DNA of 64,000 nucleotides from the NCBI GenBank assembly GCA_964188305.1, contig OZ076903.1; one strand, 5' to 3'. The position numbers were made by a program, and so were the translations under genes. The notes under the pieces are model-generated. The model searched no databases. It had not been told where the DNA came from and worked only from the letters and a program-made list of their open reading frames with translations. Origin of the DNA: Podarcis bocagei (Eukaryota). Positions 1 through 11,480 of the stretch are shown here, piece after piece; within the stretch, counting starts at the first letter, position 1, and each line of letters opens with the position of its first letter.

Positions 1-4
1 TGAA
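1..4 (-). CDS. CCDC171: Possible first 4 nt of the next CCDC171 exon (continues beyond the window)
   Basis: The minus strand reads TTTACTCACATCATCAG|TTCA. Joining to the phase-1 end of exon 1961-2135 gives GTT CAn (V-Q/H), where human reads A-Q. Only 4 nt are visible. Confidence 0.35.
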
Positions 5-74
5 CTGATGATGTGAGTAAACTTATTTTATATACTTTACACAAGACTGTGGGGTGTTTATTATTTTAAGAGGG

Positions 75-302
75 AGTTTGAAAGCACGTCAAACCGCAAG
101 TTGATAAATAGGTACCGTTCCAACGGGAAGGTAAACGGTGTTTTCGTGCGCTGCTCTGGTTTGCCAGAAGCAGCTTAGTCATGCTGGCCACATGACCCGG
201 AAGCTGTACGCCGGCTCCCTCGGCCAATAAAGCGAGATGAGCGCCACAACCCCAGAGTCGTCCGCGACTGGACTTAACGGTCAGGGGTCCTTTACCTTTA
301 CC
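75..302 (+). mobile_element. Sauria SINE, 5'-truncated
   Basis: Matches the other copies; ACCTTT-type tail. Confidence 0.9.
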
Positions 303-558
303 AGGAACCTAATATTGAGAGGCTTAAACGAGCCTGCAACCAGCTACCTGCTGTGTGTGAAAACGGAGAATATAAAACTCTGCTAAGTTATAGAACCTGC
401 TAGCACAAGTTAGGAAGGATATTAATAAACAATATATACTCTCCTGCCTCCCTGAACATTCCCACAGTATCCTCCAGAAGTCACTGAACTACAATTCCAA
501 TAATTCCTGGCCATGCCAGCTGGCACTGATGGGAGCCGGTGTCTAACAACATCTAGAT

Positions 559-696
559 CAGCAGTTCTCAACCTGTGAGTCCCCAGATGTTGTTAGACTA
601 CAACTCCCATCATCCCTAGATAGCAAGGCCAGAGCTCAGGGATGATGGGAGTTGTAGTCCAACAACATCTGGGGACTCACAGGTTGAGAACTGCTG
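559..696. mobile_element. Palindromic hAT-type MITE nested in an older related copy
   Basis: 8-bp TSD ATCTAGAT; ACTACAACTCCCATCATCCC core. Confidence 0.85.
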
Positions 697-1211
697 ATCT
701 AGATGATCCCAGGCTAGAGAAAGCTACATCAGTTGAAACTCAGACAGATTCTTGGTGTCTCAGACTTTGAAGACCAGATGGGAAATAAACAAATCCTTTA
801 ATCTGAAGACAAAGCAGGAGCTGGCAATAAAAAAGGTGACGTTTTGTCCAAGGTAGTAAATTTTCAAGCGACTGTGATCCGCTGAAAGCTGTAATTATGA
901 TTCCTTTTGGGCACACAGATTCTACTGTCGCCATGGGGTACTGCACTTGCAAGCGTGTGGATGAACACAATTTCGGACCACGAGGACTTGAACGACAGTT
1001 TCAGTCATTTAAAAATAGGCAATGAAAGGGAGCATTTTGCGGGGAGGGAAACAAGGTGTAAATCGAGAGGGAAAACACTAAATCAAATGTTACAACCCAA
1101 AACACCTGTCTGAGAAAAACAAAGAAAAAAAGAAGTCCACATGCGAACCTTTCGGACAGCATGTCTGAACATATTACAGAGCAGAAATTATAGCACCAAC
1201 CCAAAGCAATC

Positions 1212-1212
1212 A

Positions 1213-1254
<42 letters not shown>
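1212..1254. repeat. (AAAG)n microsatellite
   Basis: Seen directly. Confidence 0.95.
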
Positions 1255-1255
<1 letters not shown>

Positions 1256-1931
1256 GGAGAAATCTCTAAGCAACCGGAGAGAAAAGGCATTAATTAAACC
1301 ACTACCCAGGAGAAAACGAAGAAGCCAGATAGTCTGGATTCAGTACCAATGGCTTCTAATTCAGAAACTAAATGATAATTTAGGCTTATTCAATAGCCAG
1401 TGGAAAAGAAAGGTGCAGAAAGCCAAAAGCCTTTCACATGTGTATTTCCCCAAGAAAGTTTTTGCTCAAAATATGACAAGGTGACTCAAAAGGAAAGTCA
1501 TTTTAAAAAGAAAATCCATTCTAAAAGACATGCTTTTTAGAATGCAGTGATAGGTGTGATTTGGTGTATGTATACAAAGCAAAGCAAAGCACATGCCAGA
1601 TTTGAATCTAAAGCATTTATTGGTGGCATTTTCGCAGCTTCTGAACTATGAATGTGAACAGAATTTTAATCCCATAATTAAAGATGCAGGATAGATGAAT
1701 TTCATTAACACGTTTTGGGGAAAGGGGGCTACAACTTTTTTTTAAAGACTAGGATAGCAAAGAATCTAAACTGATCACATAGGAACAGAAAAATGGTGAG
1801 CAGTGAAAGAAAGAAATTGAGAATGTTCATTTTATTTACGTTGGGTTTGCAGAAGGTAAAGAAAGGTGCAGTCAGTGGAATCAAGGCAGCGTATCAGTTT
1901 AGACGACAAAGGCTGTGTTTTAGGACGGTTA

Positions 1932-2450
<519 letters not shown>

Positions 2451-2800
2451 TATTTGGAAACTATTTTACAATAGCTTCTAGGCAGCTGATGCCCGATGTG
2501 AGAAAGAAGTGGAAAACGTAGAAGGAAGAACTTTAATATTAAGATCGGATGGAATCTAATTGGAATGAATTCACTGAACTGGACTGGAAATGGATAATTC
2601 TGGTCTTAATAATGAGATTTTTGTTGTTGGTTTTTTACTTTTGAAAGTCCTCTATTTTGATGAGGGCATACACAGGGAGATGGGTGATGAAGGACTCTGT
2701 GTGGGAGATAAGGAAGAAAGGATCTCCCAGGGTGGGAGGGCTTGGGGAAGAAACAGGAGCTCCCAGGTGAGAGCTGGGAGGGTCTACTTTTCTGTACAGT

Positions 2801-3063
2801 GGTTAAGTTGTGGGTGAACATATCAGACGACACAGCGATTCTTCAAACAGCTCTGGTTTATTCACAGGCCAGAACAGAACTGAACTGAAGGGTTCAGTCA
2901 GCCTGCTTATACAGAGCTCCACTAGAACGCAACGGTAACCATTTTCTGTAACTATCCAATCACTGTACGTGACTTTCAATCCCTTATTTGCATATGTGGA
3001 CCTGAGTGAAAACTATCTACAGTATCTCCCTGCTGGCCCAGGATGAGAACTTCAGTACATAAC
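2801..3063 (-). mobile_element. Short solo LTR, apparently inserted in the terminus of a TA-MITE
   Basis: Near TGTTA...TAACA termini with one altered base at each end; octamer ATTTGCAT, CCAAT, TATAAG and AATAAA in LTR order on the - strand; MITE TIR split (TACAGTG left, CGTGGTACC right). Confidence 0.6.
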
Positions 3064-3288
3064 CGTGGTACCCCGGGTTAAGAACTTAATTCATTCTGGA
3101 GGTCTGTTCTTAACCTGAAACTGTTCTTAACCTGAAGCACCACTTTAGGTAATGGATCCTCCTGCTGCCGCCGCACCACCAGAGCACGATTTCTGTTCTC
3201 ATTCTGAAGCAAAGTTCTTAACCCGAGGTACTATTTCTGGGTTAGCGGAGTCTGTAACCTGAAGCGTTTGTAACCCGAGGTACCACTG
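3063..3288. mobile_element. MITE family A
   Basis: Same body and TIR. Confidence 0.85.
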
Positions 3289-3933
3289 TATATGGAGAAA
3301 GGATGAGATATAATTGTGATAGTGGGCTTTTATATCTATTTTCTTCTCCTTTTTTCTCCCTTGTCTTTTTTTTTCCTTTTTATTTCTTCTTATTTGGTCC
3401 TTCTTAATTTTTTAGACCAATTTGGCTTTTGTTCATAAGGGCAGAACATCGTCCCTCAGCTGGGACAGAATACACACAGGGAAACTGTGTGGTATTTGAG
3501 CAATCAAATCAGATAAAAATAGTATTTTCTTCCTTTGCAGAATGCACCTAAGAAAGGAGAAATAGACATATGTGACTTTTCCTTATTAAGAAAGAAGCTC
3601 AGTTAGCGGGAAAGGAGAAAGGCAAAGAAAATTTTGAGTGACAAAATAATCTCCCTCCTTTCACATCACTCTCCAGTGAACACCAGGTGTCATACTGTAC
3701 AAAGTGCAAATTACTGAGCTACTTCTCCACTAGAACTGGACTTTCATGTTATAAAGTCAATACTTTCATTTGTTTCATCATAAAACAAAGCAACAATTGA
3801 ATTCCCGTATCTTAAGAAGCACTTCTAAATGTTGACGTAAGACAGGTAGAGCCTAGGACTACACCAACATATGCCAGGCCACAAGACAAGCCATTGTATA
3901 CACAAAGATTTTGCATGATCATGAAATACTTAC

Positions 3934-4060
3934 TTCTGCATTATGTTTAGCAGTTATATCCAGTTTCTCTTTCTTGGCTTGATGGAGTTTTCTTCTCAGG
4001 TCCTCCTTCGTTTCCATCTCTGGCTCGCTACGATTGCATGGAAATGTCTTTCCAGCTTGC
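3934..4060 (-). CDS. CCDC171: CCDC171 coding exon (127 bp)
   Basis: Encodes ...METKEDLRRKLHQAKKEKLDITAKHNAE, against human [30 protein letters not shown] donor; CAG acceptor chosen for phase-2 compatibility, so the 5' boundary is less certain. Confidence 0.85.
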
Positions 4061-4201
4061 CTGCTCCGAAATGCAGAGATTTTAATTGACGGTGATCTTG
4101 CACTCGGATCTGCTTTGAACTTTAAATGATCAAGGCTTCAATTCTAAACACATCTGGCTCATTGAAATATGCCAGAGACCTGGTTATTTGTGAAACTGTA
4201 T

Positions 4202-4638
4202 TGTAATAGGTATGAGTTACTCGTGAGTAAACTGGTGCCTTTCTCGGTTAATTTACCTTGCTAAACCTTTCTGACTGCACAGCCCCTTCTCATCGTGGCT
4301 GCCTCAGTCACTGGCAGAATCCGTCAGTGGCCGTTTCTTGAATCTCTTCCAACATAAAAGTTGTTTGACACCCAGTCTCCTCCTCCTCTCACTGCGCGGG
4401 AGTCTTCTGCGCAGGGAAGGCGTGGGTAGCGGAGGACCTGGGCTTTCCTCCCTGATGTCCAGTGAAGAGTCCTGGAGCCCTCTCTCCAATTCCCCCCGTC
4501 TGCCCCCCTTTATCCCCGGTGTTGCACTGATTGGCTTCCCCCTCTACTGAGCTGTTTCTCCCCCTGCTGCTGGGTCCTTCGCCAGCATCATCTGGGAGCC
4601 TCCCCTTCGCCTCTCCCTCCGATGTCAGTTCCCTGACA
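4202..4638 (-). mobile_element. Solo LTR (probably Gypsy-type) with peptide-coding U3
   Basis: TGT...ACA termini; 5-bp TSD TGTAT/TGTAC; GC-rich island in an AT-rich intron. Confidence 0.7.
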
Positions 4639-5987
4639 TGTACCAAAACCCAATCACAAATAACATTCTATCATGTTTATTTCAAGCTTCAAAAACCGTC
4701 CAGGATATCTGCACTGCTATTTGTTGCTGTCACAGTTTGTCTCCTAGTATGAAAACAAAAGTTTTCATATCGTGGCCAGAAAAACACAAAGTCTTTCTCA
4801 GTTGTGTGGGAACGTTAAAAATGTCTCTGCTTCTACAATTCTGATTCAAAGTCCAGAGTTTTGTTAAAATAACGGTCTGCATTTGGTAAATATACTTTGT
4901 ATGGGAATGCTGACAATTTGTAATAAATTTGTAATAAATTTTGTTCATGCCCAATAGGAAGGAATTCAATGTCGTGGTAAGGCAATTGTTCTCTTACGGC
5001 AAGCATTTTGGCTTGTTATAATAATAAATAATAAATAATAATAAATAATAATATTTTATTTATATCCCGCCCTCCCCAGCTGAAGCCAGGCTCAGAGCGG
5101 CTAACAGCAATAAAAGTTAACACAACATTCTAAAATCAATTCATTTTAAAATCAATTCAAATCAAATTAATGATTATATGGAAGAGTCCCCCCCCCTCCC
5201 GGCTGTTATAATGTTCTACTGGAGCCCTCCCCCAAAAAAATGCCAAGGGGGGGGAGGGAAACCCAGGGCAAAGAGAAGTAGGAAGAACCACTGTGCCAGC
5301 AGAATTATTATTATTATTATTTATTCAATTTATACACCGCCCTATACCCAGAGGTCTCAGGCTGGTTCACAAACAAGACCACAACATATAAAATCAAACT
5401 GATTCCTTGTGGAGGGGATCTTCCAGGGTGGGTCTCATCAGCTGAATCCCACCCAGAGTTCATCTCTGTTTAGCTAGAGAAAGGTGAAAGCCGACAATCA
5501 CTTTTAGCTATATCAACACTGACTGGTGCATTTCTGAAGTATTTGGTGATTAGACAGCAATTCAACGATGTTTCAAAGAAACATGGAAACCCAATTTTTC
5601 TTTGCCTTACGAATAGCACTGAGCCGTTTTTGTTTAACCAGATCATGGTTAAAATTTGACAGAGCCACTAAGGGGCAGATAACTGGCTTTGGGTGTTGGC
5701 TTTTCCCCACAGGCGGAAACAGGCCATCCCTGATTTAAAGCACAGCATAAGCTGTGGTCACTGGGAGGCTTTAGCAATGAACTGAGCTTAGCATGGCTAC
5801 CCTTTAGCAACTGCGGAGGAATTGAGAGGGAGCTCATAGCTGGAACCTCCAGACAACAGAAAATTCATACAGAAATGCAACTGTAGGGATCTTTTAAGTT
5901 ATGCCCGCATTGTGTTCGAAATTCGCCAGGTGCCAGGAGCATTTCACTTGCGACCAAGTGAAAATGCCTGGGCATCAAGATGGCGGC

Positions 5988-6205
5988 TGATAGGTACCAC
6001 GGCGGCGGGAAGGTAAACAGTGTTTCCATGTTCTCTGGCACTCATCACGGTGTTCCATTGCACCAGAAGCGGTGTAGTCCTGCTGGCTACATGACCCAGA
6101 AAAGCTGTGGGCAAACGCCGGTTCCCTCGGCCTGAAGCGAGACGAGCGCCGCAACCCCATAGCCGCCTTGGACTGGACTTAACTGTCCAGGGTTTTTTTA
6201 CCTTT
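5988..6205 (+). mobile_element. Sauria SINE fragment (variant subfamily)
   Basis: TAGGTACC..GGGAAGGTAAAC..CATGACCC core and tail. Confidence 0.8.
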
Positions 6206-6973
6206 TTTATCTATTCAGAGGCATACTGGCATTCTGTGAATGTATTGTTGTTAATTATGTATCATTGCACTGCCCTACACATTGCATAATTTCTTTCTAA
6301 ATACTAATTTAACTGTGTTTCTGCTCCCCTTGCTTTGAGCGTTGCTCCCATATAAAACACCAGTAAGATCAGGGTGCAGTTATATTATTTTTCTAAACCC
6401 CCTGCTTTTACACGAGATGCTAAATGCATGTCTGTGAGGTAAGAGTCATACCTGGCTTATAACAAGTTGTGTTTTCCATGCCCGAAATAGAACATTAAAT
6501 TAATGGCGTGCATTTGTATTGCAGCAACACTAATATTGCCATAATTAAACCGCCAGCTGTGTTCATCTGGTGCAAACCTGTTTCCTCTTGACACAGTTCA
6601 AACCAATCAGCTTCCCTTTCTGCTTCTCATTAATTGGAAATATGGCTTGAATCATATATTGCCAGCTGTGGCTGCTCACACACCATTCCCACTAAGGTTT
6701 GATACAAAGCATGCCGTTTTGAAGGACCCAGCAACCTGGTTGCTTGCCACTGTAGATTCACTCATACTATTGCTTTTAATGTATGAACCTCCCCTGCAGT
6801 GCTAGAAACTCAGATATATAAGCTAGGCAGCAAATAGCCCCTTAAACCAGGGTTGCAGCCACCAAAACGGAATGCCTAGTTGCCATTTTTGGGCCAGATG
6901 GCTCAAAGGTTGTATTTTTAATACGACTTTTGGGTTCCTGAAATTCATTCTGATTGTGTAGATGAAATATAAC

Positions 6974-7261
6974 CAGGGCTGGATTTAGGTTTGATGAGGC
7001 CCTAAGCTACTGAAGGTAATGGGGCCTTTTATATGTGATATTTTAGAGAGCAGGCTAGCAGGCCGTTACTTACATCATAGGAGCCTACACAACACAAAAC
7101 ACTGTTGCTGTATGAAGGTTTTATTTTATTTGTATTTTATCTTATATTTTGGAAATGTACATCAAGGGTTTTTTTTTCCTTTAATTTTTTTGAGCCCCCC
7201 CCCCCAAGAGAGTGGGGCTCTAAGCTATAGTTTGTTTAGCTTGTATGTAAATCTGCCACTG
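6974..7261. mobile_element. hAT-type non-autonomous element
   Basis: CAGGGCTGGATTTA...TAAATCTGCCACTG termini; TSD AATATAAC/TATATAAC. Confidence 0.7.
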
Positions 7262-7280
7262 TATATAACAGATTTTTACA

Positions 7281-8220
7281 AGGTAAAGGTAAAGGACCCC
7301 TAGACGGTTAAGTCCAGAAAAAGGCGACTATGGGGTTGTGGCTGTGATGGCCTGGGAATCCGATTCAGAGGCTGAACCGGAGGAATCCCAGCCTGCACAG
7401 GAGTCCCCGCCTCCAGGGCCGGCTGAACTGGGGCAGGGCCTTGATTCTGAGGCGCCTGCACCTGTGCCGGATCCTCAGGAGCAGGCACCAGGTGAATCCA
7501 CTCTGGCTCCGGAGGTGGTTGAGGACTCAGTGCCTACAGGTGAGTCTCCCCCTGGGTCCAGTAACCCTTCAGCCTCTCCTGAACTGCAGAGGCTCAGGGC
7601 AGAGAGGCGAAGGGAACTGGTTTCTCCCAGGAGGAGTGCTCACCTTAAGGCCAGGAGAGGCGGGTCTCCTGGGGGCCGAGACCGCCCCTGGCCTCAGAGA
7701 AGATAAAGGCCAGCCAGCCCGGTCCCAGGTTGCAGGAGCAACGTCGTTGATGAGCTGTTTCAGCCAGCATCCAGTCCTGTTCCCCCAGAGTTCCTGTCCT
7801 TGCCCGGCTTCTGCTTTGCCCAAGGAGGACTGTCTGGCGACCCTCAACTCAGGTCCTGGACCTCGCCCCACGGTAACCTCCCCCCTGGACCAGCACAGTG
7901 GCACACATCTTGCTTTCAGGCCGAGGGAGCCGGCGTTTGTCCACAGACAGCTTTCCGGGTCATGTGGCCAGCACGACTAAACTGCTTCTGGTGAAACGGG
8001 ACACCGTGACGAGTGCCAGAGCACATGGAAATGCTGTTTACCTTCCCGTCGCTGTCATACCTATTTATCTACTTGCGCTGGTGTGCTTTCGAACTGCTAG
8101 GTTCGCAGGAGCTGGGACAGAGCAACAGGAGCTCACTCTGTCATGGGGATTCGAACTGTCAACCTTCCCATTGGCAAGCCCAAGAGGCTCAGTGGTTTAG
8201 ACCACAGCGCCACCCACGTC
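7281..8220 (-). mobile_element. Sauria SINE interrupted by the solo LTR
   Basis: Tail AAGGTAAAGG at left, tRNA-like head at right. Confidence 0.9.
7343..7897 (+). mobile_element. Solo LTR (555 bp) inserted in a Sauria SINE, with a 119-codon ORF in U3
   Basis: TGTGATGG...CCAGCACA termini; perfect TSD GTGGC (7338-7342 and 7898-7902) splitting a colinear SINE. Confidence 0.85.
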
Positions 8221-8599
8221 TCATCATGCCTCTGAATACCAATTGCTGGGAACAGCAGGTGCACTTCTGTCTGACTTGCAGGCTGCCCACAGTCATCTGG
8301 TTGGCCACTGGGAGAACAGGATGCTGAACTCGATGGCCCATTGGCCTGATCCAACAGGTCCTTCTTGGGTTCTTATAACTGGAGCTTTGCCACGGCTGCC
8401 TCTGCCAGCAGAATGGCAGCTCTGACCCATGTGGGCTCAATCCAGGTAGGAAGGCAAGGGAAACACATCACAGAAAACATAAAAAGCAGCTTAGACACTA
8501 TACACAACCCCATCACCTCTGGAAACACAGGAGCAGTAGTTGTTAACAACAACTGTTTCTGTTTGAGAATTCCAGGTTGATGCTTCTTGGGAGGAGTTA

Positions 8600-9290
8600 C
8601 AGAAAAAGGATACGAAATTTACTGCATGTTATATGTTAAAGAGAAAACCATCCTAAAATGATGTCCTGGTGGTATTTGACACCAAATAAACTGGGCCAAG
8701 AATGAGTCAAGTAAATGGAAAAGTAAGCAGGTAGATGGGTCATTCGTCCATACAGAGTGGACACGTACGAAAAGCTAAAGGCTTTTGGGAAATGATAGAT
8801 AATGAAATGAAGAAAATGTTTAAATGGGCTATTCCCAAAAGACCAGAAGCTTTTCTTATAGGCATAATAGGGACAAAGGTTCCAAAGAAAACGACTAAAC
8901 TATTTCTGAATGTGACAACAGCAGCTAGAATATTATATGCACAGAAATGGAAAGAAGGGAAAGTTCCAATGAAGGAAGAGTAGATTTTGAAAGTAATGGA
9001 CTAGGCAGAAATGGCAAAGCTGTTAACAAAATTAAGAGATCAGAATGATGAACTTTTTATAGAAGAAGGCCTTTCGTAGACTATTAAAAAATTATACAAT
9101 AGTCAAATGCAATCAAGGGCAGGATTCGTGATAAAAGCAGCGGAAGAAAAATGATAAAATATTAGAGAAACTTTTCATAACAGATAAAGATACACAGATA
9201 CACAGTGGAGGGGAGGGGAGGAAGTCAATTTATAGAACAATGTGTTTGATTGGAAGGTTATTGTGAAAACGTTTGAAAGCTAAACAACAG
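8600..9290 (+). mobile_element. Degenerate L1-clade LINE 3' fragment
   Basis: Peptide FWEMIDNEMKKMFK..PEAFL..TTAARILYAQKWKE is typical of the L1/Tx1 ORF2 C-terminus. Confidence 0.75.
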
Positions 9291-9449
9291 AAAGCTGTGC
9301 TGAAGATACAGTTCCTCTGGTCAAAATTGTTACAAAAAACTGCACAGGGGTTTGTTTTCTGAATTTTCAAGTAGTAGAAATTGCCATCCACTCACACAAT
9401 GGAAACTTGCATCATTGGACTGTGTTTTAATTAAAGGAATGAAACTCAC

Positions 9450-9499
9450 CATTTCTTTTCGGGAACCAGAGAATTGATCTGAGGATTCATGGCTTCCAT
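9450..9499 (-). CDS. CCDC171: CCDC171 first coding part (exon 9450-9617, ATG at 9499): MEAMNPQINSLVPEKK
   Basis: TTTAG acceptor at 9618-9619 and GTGAGT donor at 9444-9449. The phase-2 end fits the next exon. Confidence 0.65.
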
Positions 9500-10660
9500 T
9501 TTCCAGCCACTTATTCTACATATTGTGGACAATTAATGTAAACTTCATCGTTTATATTCTTTGTTGCAACAGAAAAACTTTGGGCAATGCTTTGCTCCCA
9601 CACATCTTGAAGAAACCCTAAATGATAAAGACATTTAAAGGGATATTTTAACGGCATGCGCTTCTCAATGAGTGTTCTGCTTGAAATGTGGCACCCAAAA
9701 CTAGGAGCGCTACTCTAGATATGGCTCAACCAACACAGAACAGAGCAGAATGAATCCTTCTCATGATCTGAGATGCTTTTAATACAGTCTAAGATAACAT
9801 TAGCTTTTTTAGTAATCACATTGCACTCCTAGCTTAGATTCAACTAGGGCACCTAGATCCTTTTCACAGGTATTGCTGCCAAGTGGCAGGCCTCACCTAT
9901 ATAATAGTTGGTGCCTTGGGCACAGGTTGCACCTAAATGCAGCAACTGTAAACAAGTGGATTTGGGTAGATGCGGCTTGCCATGCAGGGATAAGAAAAAA
10001 ATGCAACTTCTGCACAACTACAGAAGATCAAGGAAATATCGTCCTCCTTTTGCTTGCTTTGTTTATTTGAAATCAGAGGTGCTCACTTCATAGACAGAGG
10101 GGTTACAAGTTTCTGTCAAGCATGCAAGTATGTGTGTGGTTAAAAAATAAACAAATCCCTATTTACAATCACAGCAATCTAATCTCCTGCTAAAAGAAGC
10201 TAAATCAGTGCAAGACAAAACTGCAGAAAGGACCATCTGAAATCCTTGTTAGTTCACATTAAGGTGTTGCACTAACCACATATTTGCAATAACGGAAGTG
10301 TTGTGTTTCCTAGGCAGCAGGGAAATGTACCTTTTGAAATAAGTTTCCCAAATGCTTGTGAGACAGGCGACAGTACACCTTGAGATAAGCTTGGCTCACA
10401 CTTATTAACTAGCATTGTAAGACAAAATCCCTTTTTTCGCTTATAGCAGCTGCAAGGCAGAGAGATGTTCAGCGAGCGTCTCTTTCCCCATCGCCACATC
10501 TCAATGCTAGGAAAAACTGCACCTGGAAAACCTCCACCTGCAGCAGAACTTGTGCCAGGACAAGCCAGCAGTCCTAATAGCTACTCAGTACAGTATCTCT
10601 CGCCTTGTACAATCATTGCTCCTTGGAGCAGGAGAACAACTTCGCTCTTACCTTTTAGCC

Positions 10661-10819
10661 CCAAGGTTTTCCAAACTTGGGTCTCTGGCAGTTTTTTTGG
10701 GGGGGGACTACAACTCCCACCATCCCCAGCTGGCAGGACCAGTGGTCATGGATGATGGGAATTGTAGTCCTAAAAACACAAACCAACAAGAGCTAGAGAC
10801 CCAAGTTTGGGAAACCCTG
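10661..10819. mobile_element. Palindromic hAT-type MITE
   Basis: Inverted termini; TTTAGCC flanks. Confidence 0.75.
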
Positions 10820-11049
10820 GTTTAGCCAAATCACCAGCAAGGTGGGGATTCCTGAGTTTTTATCATGCATTTCGTGATTCCGTATTGTGATTTATTTTTA
10901 ATGTTGGGAACCGCCCTGAGACCTGCGGGTAACAGGGCGGTACACTAATCATACTATTAATATTATTAATAATAAACACACACACCCTCCTTCCTCCCTT
11001 GCAAAACCAAACTGTTTGGGACCAACTCCCTCTCCTCCCATCTATTTCC

Positions 11050-11480
11050 CCTGCCAAGCTCCTCCAGCACAGGCAGCTCGCTGCCCCCACCGCGATTCCC
11101 ACGACCCCCTTCATACGTACCCCGTGTAGCTGCCAGTTACGAGCAACCCAGNNNNNNNNNNNNNNNNNNNNNNNNNNNNNNNNNNNNNNNNNNNNNNNNN
11201 NNNNNNNNNNNNNNNNNNNNNNNNNNNNNNNNNNNNNNNNNNNNNNNNNNNNNNNNNNNNNNNNNNNNNNNNNNNNNNNNNNNNNNNNNNNNNNNNNNNN
11301 NNNNNNNNNNNNNNNNNNNNNNNNNNNNNNNNNNNNNNNNNNNNNNNNNNNCGCGGGGGGGGGGGACGCCAGGCAAGGTTTTTCCCCATTTTATTTCCCG
11401 CCGTTTTTCGCGCTCTGCAGAAATGCAGGAACCGTTAAAGGGCTGGGGCTCTTGCCAAGGTGCACACGGCTATTTCTGCA
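11050..11480 (-). promoter_or_regulatory. CCDC171: Probable CCDC171 CpG-rich promoter and non-coding first exon (donor GTACGT after 11121), interrupted by a gap
   Basis: CpG-rich flanks on both sides of the N-run; minus-strand GGG|GTACGT donor; X-box-like GTTACGAGCAAC. Confidence 0.5.
11152..11351. other. Assembly gap (200 N)
   Basis: Run of N. Confidence 1.

Noticed and set aside
4257-4640. Extra CCDC171 exon using CAAG|GTAAAT at 4257
   Set aside because: It lies inside a TSD-flanked LTR, and exons 9450 and 4060 already join in phase.
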